In this document: positions 8,240-19,794 of the stretch, in pieces
Numbering within the stretch: position 1 is the first letter of the stretch
Layout: every line of letters begins with the position of its first letter
Program-made: the position numbers and the translations under genes
The notes under the pieces: generated by a model
What the model was told of the DNA's origin: nothing
The model's database searches: none
Seen by the model: the letters and a program-made list of their open reading frames with translations, nothing else
IMG/VR virus record: IMGVR_UViG_2681813321_000026
Coordinates: 1 to 24,073 of that record
DNA length: 24,073 nt
Reading direction: 5' to 3' (one strand)
From: a virus
Lineage: Duplodnaviria; Heunggongvirae; Uroviricota; Caudoviricetes

Positions 8240-8423
8240 AGAAAACTCAATAAACAATCACCCATAAAAACATAACGGTCTCTGGTCGGGAATTTCCACA
8301 ACCTGAAAATGGTGGTGATGCATGAAAAACAGAAGTGCTTATAAAACCGCATTATTAATGGCTAATGCAGGATACTGGTCAGTTGCAATACTGTTTCTCA
8401 GGAAAGCATACGGGAAATAACAA

Positions 8424-8783
8424 ATGACACATGAACCCATTAATACATATCGTCGCCGTATAGCTGTTGCGGCACTCCATCGAATAAAACGTAAAACAGG
8501 TGGTAATCTGCTTATTGTTGACCTTCCTGATGGGAACATTACGACCATAGAAATAACTGAACAGTTTATAAACCAGTTGCTGTTACGCTTCGAAGGTATT
8601 ACCCGTGGTGAATTGGGCCGGGTGGAGGGTGAAACCGAAATCCACACTGCATACCAGAATGCTATCGGGATTAATCAACATACTGAATACCTGACTGAAA
8701 CCGGAAAGTTAATTATAGACAACCTTTTTCAAGAGATTATTGATTACGCGAAAGAAAAATATATCAGCGGAGGAATTAACTGA
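8424..8783 (+). CDS. Hypothetical protein (119 aa)
   Basis: ORF with ATG start; stop overlaps start of next gene. No motif recognised. Confidence 0.5.
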   Translation: MTHEPINTYRRRIAVAALHRIKRKTGGNLLIVDLPDGNITTIEITEQFINQLLLRFEGITRGELGRVEGETEIHTAYQNAIGINQHTEYLTETGKLIIDNLFQEIIDYAKEKYISGGIN

Positions 8784-8998
8784 TGGCTAATTTATCCCCT
8801 GTATCTGTTGTGCACGAAAAAGTGCAGATCGTTATGACAATTGAAAATGGCCAAGTCACAGGTGTCTGCAAAGTCCGCGATGGCGAGCTGATTGCCAGCA
8901 TGGATACATTCATACGGCTGGCAGAAAGAGCGGGGTATCAGATAACAGCACCTGCTCAGGAGGAAACCGGTGGCATTAACAGCAACACGCATTCCTGA
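8783..8998 (+). CDS. Hypothetical protein (71 aa)
   Basis: ATG 8783 with GGAGGA 8 nt upstream, overlapping stop of previous gene. Confidence 0.55.
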   Translation: MANLSPVSVVHEKVQIVMTIENGQVTGVCKVRDGELIASMDTFIRLAERAGYQITAPAQEETGGINSNTHS

Positions 8999-9184
8999 GC
9001 GGATCCACCGGCAGGCATTGCAGGTCCTGTTGTTGTACCGATGCCGACGGATATTTCCGCATCGGATACAGCGCACCGGATATCTCAGTCTGAAGGTTAA
9101 CCGTCGCTGGCGGCTGTTATCGAAAGACGACGGCCGGAACTGGGAAGTAATGAGTCATGAACGTTATTCGGGAGAAATAAAGAA

Positions 9185-9577
9185 ATGATCGACAACCGCA
9201 CCGCCAGCACCATTGACCAGGCATTACAGAAACATGATACACCCGTCGGCCCGTTATTTTTTGTAACACGCCACGGAAGAACAAAAAAATGCCTCACCCG
9301 AAAAACGGCAATTCGTTACCTGGCATTCTTTATGACCACCCGCGCTTTTGAACGTTCAGGATTCCGACAACGCTATCCTGACAAGCGTTTTATCTTCAAC
9401 AGGAATGAGATATGGAAACGTGGAGAATCAACCACAGAGTATACCCGCGCACACCAGCGAACAATCAGACGACTGCGCAGACTCATCGCCAGGAAACAGT
9501 ATACAGAAAAATGGTTCAGAAAATATGACACATGGAGCGCCGGATATTACGAACTGATGGCAACAAAACCATTCTGA
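9185..9577 (+). CDS. Hypothetical basic protein (130 aa, Arg/Lys-rich C-terminus)
   Basis: ATG 9185 with GGGAGA upstream. No motif recognised. Confidence 0.5.
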   Translation: MIDNRTASTIDQALQKHDTPVGPLFFVTRHGRTKKCLTRKTAIRYLAFFMTTRAFERSGFRQRYPDKRFIFNRNEIWKRGESTTEYTRAHQRTIRRLRRLIARKQYTEKWFRKYDTWSAGYYELMATKPF

Positions 9578-9637
9578 CGTAAACGAAATTAACCATGACG
9601 CAATTAAATAAGGCAAGCCGAATACATCAGGAGGACC

Positions 9638-9826
9638 ATGAACATTTATTTCAGAATAGTTATATCACTGGCAATTATCACATGTATTTACGGATTAATC
9701 GTTCCGGCCCTCATATCAATGAAGGATACGGTAGCAGTGATTTCTGGCTTTGCTCTGGCGTGTCTGACCCCGCCCTGCATTTATGCCATTTATAAGGGTC
9801 TTTCTTTTTCTAAGGATAAAAGATGA
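9638..9826 (+). CDS. Small membrane protein (62 aa, two predicted TM helices)
   Basis: AGGAGGA upstream of ATG; two hydrophobic stretches; stop overlaps start of SPFH gene (ATGA). Confidence 0.55.
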   Translation: MNIYFRIVISLAIITCIYGLIVPALISMKDTVAVISGFALACLTPPCIYAIYKGLSFSKDKR

Positions 9827-10137
9827 AAAAATTACTTTTTGCTTTAGCCCTTGTTCTGCCGACCATTGGCCTTGTCGGTTGCGATCGCGTTGAGCCTGGT
9901 AATGTGGGCATCAAAGTAAACAAACTGGGCGACGATAAAGGCGTCGGTGAAGTGGTCGGTGTTGGGCGCTACTGGACGGGATGGAACACTGAGGTTTACA
10001 TCTTCCCGACCTTTAAGCAGATGAAGACCTACGATGATCCATTCAGTTTCCAGATGAGTGACGGTACAACCATCGGCTATCACATCGGCGTGGCCTACAA
10101 AGTTGATCCATCCAAAGTTACCACAGTCTTTCAGACC

Positions 10138-10167
<30 letters not shown>
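9823..10167 (+). pseudogene. Truncated copy of SPFH/band-7 lipoprotein gene (first 105 codons, then unrelated sequence after repeat boundary at 10137)
   Basis: Identical to the first 105 codons of the 275-aa gene at 19791-20618, then diverges and terminates after 9 foreign codons. Confidence 0.75.
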
Positions 10168-13550
<3,383 letters not shown>

Positions 13551-13576
<26 letters not shown>

Positions 13577-14096
13577 TCAGCAACCCCGGTATCAGTTCAT
13601 CCAGCGCGGCTGCTTTGTTCATGGCTTTGATGATATCCCGTTTCAGGAAATCAACATGTCGGTTTTCCAGTTCCGGAAAACGCCGCTGCACCGACAGGGG
13701 GAGCCCGTCGAGAATACTGGCAATTTCACCTGCGATCCGCGACAACACGAAAGTACAGAATGCGGTTTCCACCACTTCAGCGGAGTCTCTGGCATTCTTC
13801 AGTTCCTGTGCGTCGGCCTGCGCACGCGTAAGTCGATGGCGTTCGTACTCAATAGTTCCTGGCTGGAGATCTGCCTCGCTGGCCTGCCGCAGTTCTTCAA
13901 CCTCCCGGCGCAGCTTTTCGTTCTCAATTTCAGCATCCCTTTCGGCATACCATTTTATGACGGCGGCAGAGTCATAAAGCACCTCATTACCCTTGCCACC
14001 GCCTCGCAGAACGGGCATTCCCTGTTCCTGCCAGTTCTGAATGGTACGGATACTCGCACCGAAAATGTCAGCCAGCTGCTTTTTGTTGACTTCCAT
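13551..14096 (-). CDS. nu1: Terminase small subunit (lambda Nu1, 181 aa)
   Basis: Translation MEVNKKQLADIFGASIRTIQNWQEQGMPVLRGGGKGNEVLYDSAAVIKWYAERDAE... recognised as lambda Nu1; overlaps A start as in lambda. Confidence 0.95.
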
Positions 14097-14283
14097 TGTT
14101 CATTCCACGGCCAAAAACAGAGAAAGGAAACGACAAAGGCCCAAAAGTTCGTTTTCAGCACCTGTCGTTTCCTTTCTTTTCAGGGGGTATTTTAAATAAA
14201 AACATTAAGTTACGACGAAGAAGAACGGAAACGCCTTAAACCGGAAAATTTTCATAAATAGCGAAAACCCGCGAGGTCGCCGC

Positions 14284-14295
14284 CCCGTAGCCTGC
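14284..14295 (-). other. cosN cohesive-end site (12-nt GGGCGGCGACCT on minus strand); cosB lies between here and Nu1
   Basis: Plus strand aggtcgccgccc at 14284-14295 is the reverse complement of the lambda left cohesive end; the following 190 bp toward Nu1 matches the lambda left end from memory with a few substitutions. Confidence 0.85.
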
Positions 14296-14522
14296 CGGAT
14301 CGCCGGAAAGGACCCAATAAATGATAATAATTATCATTTATATAAATACCATCACACATCCCACGTACACCATAAAACCACGACAAATAATCAATTTTGT
14401 CCAAGTCATGCATTAATTGATCTGTGTCAACTTAACGTAAAGACATCTTAAGACAATACAAATCAGCAGCACTGAACACGGAAAAACACAATGTCATCAA
14501 AAAATAAAGCTTCCCAAACCAG

Positions 14523-14663
14523 ATGATTAATCAAATCCATATTGCCCTTGAACGTAAGGGATCGGGTAATTTTTCGGCATGGGTTATTGAAGCCTGCAGG
14601 AGAAGGCTGGCAACAGATGCAAAGCACCTGCGCCCGGCCAGCATGAAAAATAACGAGAAATGA
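14523..14663 (+). CDS. Small hypothetical protein (46 aa) in the cos-proximal right-end region
   Basis: ORF MINQIHIALERKGSGNFSAWVIEACRRRL...; resembles from memory the last small ORF before cos in lambda. An upstream ATG at 14491 is out of frame. Below track size cutoff. Confidence 0.3.
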   Translation: MINQIHIALERKGSGNFSAWVIEACRRRLATDAKHLRPASMKNNEK

Positions 14664-14795
14664 ACGTTCGGTTACAGGAACCGGTAGCTACTGTCTTCTA
14701 ACAATATTTCATCTTCATATCCGGCGAAACAAGACTTTACCCTGCAGGGATGTACTGAATAGCAACAGAGTGATAATTAACTTCTGATAAAATAA

Positions 14796-15122
14796 TCAGG
14801 GTGCTGAAGGACTAAAGATAAATGTTTTCTTCACGCCTTTACGCGGCTTGTCCTTCTCAAATCGCCATTTTGCCATCGCCTTTACAACCTGCTCATCAAA
14901 CAGATGGTGCGGCTCTGAACGGATAAACTCAATTCGGGTGACAGTACCATCAGCACCAATATCAAACTTCACATCAACCCGTCCCTTTATATAATTTGCC
15001 GCGGCATAGGCCGGATATTGTGGTAATGCCTTAACCAACTGTCGAGGCATATCTGTTTTATGTTGCGTACAGCCCATAACCAAAGAAGACAACAAAATAA
15101 TTAACGGAAGATTTCTTTTCAT
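14796..15122 (-). CDS. Lipoprotein consisting of a TonB C-terminal-like domain (about 108 aa)
   Basis: Signal peptide MKRNLPLIILLSSLVMGC with lipobox-like VMGC; mature region PQYPAYAAANYIKGRVDVKFDIGADGTVTRIEFIRSEPHHLFDEQVVKAMAKWRFEKDKP aligns closely with E. coli TonB C-terminal domain (PQYPARAQALRIEGQVKVKFDV...AMRRWRYEPGKP) from memory. Alternative upstream ATG at 15137 has no SD. Confidence 0.75.
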   Translation of the reverse strand: MKRNLPLIILLSSLVMGCTQHKTDMPRQLVKALPQYPAYAAANYIKGRVDVKFDIGADGTVTRIEFIRSEPHHLFDEQVVKAMAKWRFEKDKPRKGVKKTFIFSPSAP

Positions 15123-15138
15123 TTTTATTCCCGGCATA

Positions 15139-15158
15139 GATAAGAATAAGTCTTATTC
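15139..15158. promoter_or_regulatory. AT-rich perfect palindrome (GAATAAG-T-CTTATTC preceded by GATAA) overlapping the putative promoter of the TonB-like gene
   Basis: 7-1-7 perfect inverted repeat at 15144-15158; overlaps a minus-strand TAGAAT -10-like hexamer; partial resemblance to Fur-box GATAAT hexamers. Confidence 0.3.
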
Positions 15159-15761
15159 TAACAATGCAGCCCTGTCGGTCATCAATCCTCTGCTTAATGG
15201 CAATGACAATTATCCGACTTAAATCACAAATCAGACACATGACATAACAGAGTTTGCGAGGTAACACATCGTCCGGTTTCTTCCACCATCGCACCGGACC
15301 AGCGACCATGAGGGGACAACGCCGCGCTCCGTTTACGCGGTAAACCCCGGTGTGTATCGTTTTTGATTATCCCCGCACACTCTCGCAGAGGAGTCTCCCT
15401 GTCGGGCTGCGGTCTCTGTTAATGCAGGAATACGGCGACAATACCGCGCATGGATAATAAGGTCGCTCAACACACTGGCTGTAATTCAGCGGATACCATT
15501 CGGCATTTATCAGTATTCATCACACACTCAACGGTGAATTCTTCATGCGTGGCATTCACTTCATATGTTCGTGAATAACATTCAGTGCATTTACCTCTGA
15601 ACACCTCTTCAATCACTCTTCCAGGAAGAACCCTTTTCGTTTCTCAGCGCCTGAGCGCTTTGTACTACCTTGCTGATACGGGCGTTTTTTTAAATTGCGC
15701 CCTTAAGACAGTGATCTACTTAACCAATGGATCTCTCCTGTTGGAAAAGACCCTATTCCTG

Positions 15762-15804
15762 CCCCAACACCCAATCCCCCCTTACCCCCCTTACCCTCTT
15801 CCCC
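15762..15804 (-). other. Second copy of the C-rich/G-rich potential G-quadruplex tract
   Basis: Identical to 5794-5836. Confidence 0.4.
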
Positions 15805-15901
15805 ATAAAAACGTACTACTTCCCTAGTACACATGAGGAGTTGGGTCAGTTGGTTGCCAACCTGAACAGGCACCTTTAAGCCTGCTTCTGTTCGGGTACC
15901 T

Positions 15902-16210
15902 TTAAACCCGAAACAGTGAGGAGCGCGATTGCGATCCAGCCAGGGGAGGTTCGGCTGTATACCCCTGTAAAGCTCTGCCCTGATTTCTTACAAACAGGCG
16001 GAGCCTTGTGTTTGCTTCGTGCCTTGCTCTGTTCTCCTTGCGGAATGAAACAGGCTCAGCGTCAAAAGTGATTTCGTATACCTCCGCATATTTCAGGGCA
16101 ACCTTCCGTCTCAGTGACGGAGGCAGCCCCTGTAACTGCTGCTGAATCCACTCTTCGTCTGCCTGGCAGTACCTAGATGGCATCTCTGTCTGAACGTAAT
16201 TCTGGGACAT
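15902..16210 (-). CDS. Hypothetical protein (102 aa), copy 2
   Basis: Identical to 5934-6242. Confidence 0.55.
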   Translation of the reverse strand: MSQNYVQTEMPSRYCQADEEWIQQQLQGLPPSLRRKVALKYAEVYEITFDAEPVSFRKENRARHEANTRLRLFVRNQGRALQGYTAEPPLAGSQSRSSLFRV

Positions 16211-16460
16211 ACAAGCCCTTCACCTCCCCCGTGCGCGCTAAGCTTGGATGTGGAAAAAGCTCTGATAGGTCTGGCCGAAATTCATACGCTTGGATCTTTC
16301 CGTCGACAGCTGCAACCAATAACGGCACAAATTCTGGTGAAATCTTGTTCTTGCAGTTCAACCAATCGCAGACTGTTGACTGGGCCTTTCCGCATCGCTT
16401 GGCTAAGGCTTGCTGACTTCCAAGAATCTCAATAGCTTTCTCTATGGCTTTATGTTTCAT
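16173..16460 (-). CDS. Cro-like HTH regulator, copy 2
   Basis: Identical to 6205-6492. Confidence 0.75.
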   Translation of the reverse strand: MKHKAIEKAIEILGSQQALAKRCGKAQSTVCDWLNCKNKISPEFVPLLVAAVDGKIQAYEFRPDLSELFPHPSLARTGEVKGLYVPELRSDRDAI

Positions 16461-16461
16461 A

Positions 16462-16546
16462 ATCGCATCTCCTATTGAACGCATAATAACAACAGGAAAA
16501 GCGATATTCAACGTTAAACATAGAATATTTATCGGAAAGCCGATAA
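16462..16546. promoter_or_regulatory. OR-like promoter/operator region, copy 2
   Basis: Identical to 6494-6578. Confidence 0.5.
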
Positions 16547-16579
16547 ACTAGCCAAGATAGAGAGGGGAGGAAAATCGCA

Positions 16580-17272
16580 ATGACATTTTCAGAACGACTT
16601 GATTTAGCTATGCGCAACGCAAAATTTACGCAAGGTAGGCTGGCCAAAGAAGTGGGTATGGCTCAGTCCAGTGTTAATCAACTACTTAACAAAGCCAACG
16701 GTTCCAGAAAAACAGTCGAAATAGCAAAAGTTTTGGGCGTTAACCCGGAATGGCTCGCATCGGGTGTTGGCCCAATGGAAATCGTGACCTCTGCAGACTC
16801 ACACCAAATACGTAACATTTCTGAAGATTGGGTTACTGATTCGTATGTCGTGGATGTTTTAGACATCAGATATAGTTGCGGACCTGGTAGTTATAACTCT
16901 GATTTTCCTGATATTGTCAGATCTATAGCGATAGAACCAGGATACGCATCAAGAGTTTTTGGCGGCAGACCAGCATCAGCAATCAAAGCAATAAACGCCC
17001 ACGGCGACAGTATGAAAGGCACAATAGACCCTGAAGACTTGGTATTTGTAGATGTATCAGTTCGCACATTTAATGGTGATGGTATATACGCCTTTACATA
17101 CTCTGGAACATCGCACATCAAAAGACTTCAAAAAATCAAAGATACTCTAACGGTGATATCTGACAACCCAGCTTACAAGGATTGGGCTATCGAACCGGAA
17201 GACTTCGAACAACTTCACATTGACGGAAAAGTAATTGTCAGTTGGCCTATGACACTACACCGTTTTGCATAA
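16580..17272 (+). CDS. cI: CI-type prophage repressor, copy 2
   Basis: Identical to 6612-7304. Confidence 0.9.
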   Translation: MTFSERLDLAMRNAKFTQGRLAKEVGMAQSSVNQLLNKANGSRKTVEIAKVLGVNPEWLASGVGPMEIVTSADSHQIRNISEDWVTDSYVVDVLDIRYSCGPGSYNSDFPDIVRSIAIEPGYASRVFGGRPASAIKAINAHGDSMKGTIDPEDLVFVDVSVRTFNGDGIYAFTYSGTSHIKRLQKIKDTLTVISDNPAYKDWAIEPEDFEQLHIDGKVIVSWPMTLHRFA

Positions 17273-17290
17273 GCAAAAATCATTTAACCC

Positions 17291-17316
17291 GCCCACTCTT
17301 AAGTGGGCTTTTTTTT
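17291..17316 (+). terminator. Rho-independent terminator after cI, copy 2
   Basis: Identical to 7323-7348. Confidence 0.8.
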
Positions 17317-17324
17317 GGGAAAAA

Positions 17325-17366
17325 ATCGATAAACCGATTGACAGGTGAAATCGGTAAACCTATTAT
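17325..17366 (+). promoter_or_regulatory. PL-like promoter with operators, copy 2
   Basis: Identical to 7357-7398. Confidence 0.7.
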
Positions 17367-17415
17367 CTTGACATAGGTATCGAACTCACCAAAGCAATTA
17401 TAGAGGATGAGAAAA

Positions 17416-17826
17416 ATGTCATCGTATATGGGATTACCAACAAATCAGCACGATGCTCTTGAGAATATTCAGCTCTTAGTAGGGACTGGTGCACTACTGT
17501 ATAGCAGCAATAACCCTGAGTTAATTGAACTTGCCAGCTCCATCCTGGCTGTAACTCAAAAATATAGCCTCACCGCGTCACGTTTATGCAAACAAAATTT
17601 AGCTATTAATTCCCAGAATCGGATTCGCACCCAACGCGAAACCTGCGGCTTAACAACCGCCGAACTCGCTAGGCTGCTCGATCTCGATGAAGAAATTATC
17701 ATCCAGTGGGAGAGCGGAGAGTACGAACCAACCATCAGCATGCTTATCCCTCTGGCTAATGTTCTTGGCTGTGATCCAATGTTGTTATTGACTGATGCTT
17801 ATAAACAAAATCAGGAGGAAGCATAA
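17416..17826 (+). CDS. Hypothetical protein with C-terminal XRE HTH, copy 2
   Basis: Identical to 7448-7858. Confidence 0.6.
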   Translation: MSSYMGLPTNQHDALENIQLLVGTGALLYSSNNPELIELASSILAVTQKYSLTASRLCKQNLAINSQNRIRTQRETCGLTTAELARLLDLDEEIIIQWESGEYEPTISMLIPLANVLGCDPMLLLTDAYKQNQEEA

Positions 17827-17827
17827 G

Positions 17828-18019
17828 ATGAAAATGTTCAAAGGCCTTACCAACGAACCGGAGACAACTTTTCATCACATTGCCGTACTGCTTGAAGCGG
17901 GGTTAATCATTTCGGCTTCCGGTGATGAAGAATGTGATGAACTTTCGGATGATATCTTTTTACTGGCACAACAATACGCCAGAAGCGCATGCGATGCATT
18001 TAAGGAGCAAAGAACATGA
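17828..18019 (+). CDS. Small acidic hypothetical protein (63 aa), copy 2
   Basis: Identical to 7860-8051. Confidence 0.55.
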   Translation: MKMFKGLTNEPETTFHHIAVLLEAGLIISASGDEECDELSDDIFLLAQQYARSACDAFKEQRT

Positions 18020-18207
18020 AAACTCCATTAAATATTCTTGAGGAAGTGGCAGCACAAATAAAAGAGAATACATCAATGCTTGAATTTATATTTAAGAATT
18101 CGCCCGACTCAGGAGAGACAGACGATTATTTATGTTGCCTCATTCGCTCCATGAATAAAACCTGTGAAATGGCTTACGCGTATATCGACACACTGCGCAA
18201 CGAATAA
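18016..18207 (+). CDS. Small acidic hypothetical protein (63 aa), copy 2
   Basis: Identical to 8048-8239. Confidence 0.55.
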   Translation: MKTPLNILEEVAAQIKENTSMLEFIFKNSPDSGETDDYLCCLIRSMNKTCEMAYAYIDTLRNE

Positions 18208-18391
18208 AGAAAACTCAATAAACAATCACCCATAAAAACATAACGGTCTCTGGTCGGGAATTTCCACAACCTGAAAATGGTGGTGATGCATGAAAAACAG
18301 AAGTGCTTATAAAACCGCATTATTAATGGCTAATGCAGGATACTGGTCAGTTGCAATACTGTTTCTCAGGAAAGCATACGGGAAATAACAA

Positions 18392-18751
18392 ATGACACAT
18401 GAACCCATTAATACATATCGTCGCCGTATAGCTGTTGCGGCACTCCATCGAATAAAACGTAAAACAGGTGGTAATCTGCTTATTGTTGACCTTCCTGATG
18501 GGAACATTACGACCATAGAAATAACTGAACAGTTTATAAACCAGTTGCTGTTACGCTTCGAAGGTATTACCCGTGGTGAATTGGGCCGGGTGGAGGGTGA
18601 AACCGAAATCCACACTGCATACCAGAATGCTATCGGGATTAATCAACATACTGAATACCTGACTGAAACCGGAAAGTTAATTATAGACAACCTTTTTCAA
18701 GAGATTATTGATTACGCGAAAGAAAAATATATCAGCGGAGGAATTAACTGA
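18392..18751 (+). CDS. Hypothetical protein (119 aa), copy 2
   Basis: Identical to 8424-8783. Confidence 0.5.
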   Translation: MTHEPINTYRRRIAVAALHRIKRKTGGNLLIVDLPDGNITTIEITEQFINQLLLRFEGITRGELGRVEGETEIHTAYQNAIGINQHTEYLTETGKLIIDNLFQEIIDYAKEKYISGGIN

Positions 18752-18966
18752 TGGCTAATTTATCCCCTGTATCTGTTGTGCACGAAAAAGTGCAGATCGT
18801 TATGACAATTGAAAATGGCCAAGTCACAGGTGTCTGCAAAGTCCGCGATGGCGAGCTGATTGCCAGCATGGATACATTCATACGGCTGGCAGAAAGAGCG
18901 GGGTATCAGATAACAGCACCTGCTCAGGAGGAAACCGGTGGCATTAACAGCAACACGCATTCCTGA
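18751..18966 (+). CDS. Hypothetical protein (71 aa), copy 2
   Basis: Identical to 8783-8998. Confidence 0.55.
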   Translation: MANLSPVSVVHEKVQIVMTIENGQVTGVCKVRDGELIASMDTFIRLAERAGYQITAPAQEETGGINSNTHS

Positions 18967-19152
18967 GCGGATCCACCGGCAGGCATTGCAGGTCCTGTTG
19001 TTGTACCGATGCCGACGGATATTTCCGCATCGGATACAGCGCACCGGATATCTCAGTCTGAAGGTTAACCGTCGCTGGCGGCTGTTATCGAAAGACGACG
19101 GCCGGAACTGGGAAGTAATGAGTCATGAACGTTATTCGGGAGAAATAAAGAA

Positions 19153-19545
19153 ATGATCGACAACCGCACCGCCAGCACCATTGACCAGGCATTACAGAAA
19201 CATGATACACCCGTCGGCCCGTTATTTTTTGTAACACGCCACGGAAGAACAAAAAAATGCCTCACCCGAAAAACGGCAATTCGTTACCTGGCATTCTTTA
19301 TGACCACCCGCGCTTTTGAACGTTCAGGATTCCGACAACGCTATCCTGACAAGCGTTTTATCTTCAACAGGAATGAGATATGGAAACGTGGAGAATCAAC
19401 CACAGAGTATACCCGCGCACACCAGCGAACAATCAGACGACTGCGCAGACTCATCGCCAGGAAACAGTATACAGAAAAATGGTTCAGAAAATATGACACA
19501 TGGAGCGCCGGATATTACGAACTGATGGCAACAAAACCATTCTGA
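19153..19545 (+). CDS. Hypothetical basic protein (130 aa), copy 2
   Basis: Identical to 9185-9577. Confidence 0.5.
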   Translation: MIDNRTASTIDQALQKHDTPVGPLFFVTRHGRTKKCLTRKTAIRYLAFFMTTRAFERSGFRQRYPDKRFIFNRNEIWKRGESTTEYTRAHQRTIRRLRRLIARKQYTEKWFRKYDTWSAGYYELMATKPF

Positions 19546-19605
19546 CGTAAACGAAATTAACCATGACGCAATTAAATAAGGCAAGCCGAATACATCAGGA
19601 GGACC

Positions 19606-19794
19606 ATGAACATTTATTTCAGAATAGTTATATCACTGGCAATTATCACATGTATTTACGGATTAATCGTTCCGGCCCTCATATCAATGAAGGATACGGT
19701 AGCAGTGATTTCTGGCTTTGCTCTGGCGTGTCTGACCCCGCCCTGCATTTATGCCATTTATAAGGGTCTTTCTTTTTCTAAGGATAAAAGATGA
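19606..19794 (+). CDS. Small two-TM membrane protein (62 aa), copy 2
   Basis: Identical to 9638-9826. Confidence 0.55.
   Translation: MNIYFRIVISLAIITCIYGLIVPALISMKDTVAVISGFALACLTPPCIYAIYKGLSFSKDKR

Larger units (their letters stand above)
5643..10137. repeat. Direct repeat copy 1 (4,495 bp), identical to 15611-20105
   Basis: All ORFs in the two intervals have identical lengths and translations at a constant offset of 9,968 bp; boundaries checked by hand (identity starts at 5643/15611, ends at 10137/20105). Confidence 0.95.

Noticed and set aside
8339-9076. Minus-strand ORFs 8339-8647 and 8792-9076 (and copies)
   Set aside because: Antisense to the plus-strand genes that have SDs and coupling. 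Kept only as a note in the findings because 8339-8647 overlaps the small hydrophobic ORF.
13615-14195. Plus-strand ORFs 13615-13977 and 13656-14195
   Set aside because: Antisense to Nu1 and running through cosB; no independent support.
15058-15309. 83-aa minus-strand ORF upstream of and overlapping the TonB-like gene
   Set aside because: Overlaps the signal-peptide region of the TonB-like gene in another frame and covers its promoter and palindrome; no SD.
15585-15827. 80-aa Pro-rich ORF spanning the repeat boundary (and the corresponding region at 5617-5860)
   Set aside because: Translation of the C-rich low-complexity tract in a non-coding region; no start context.
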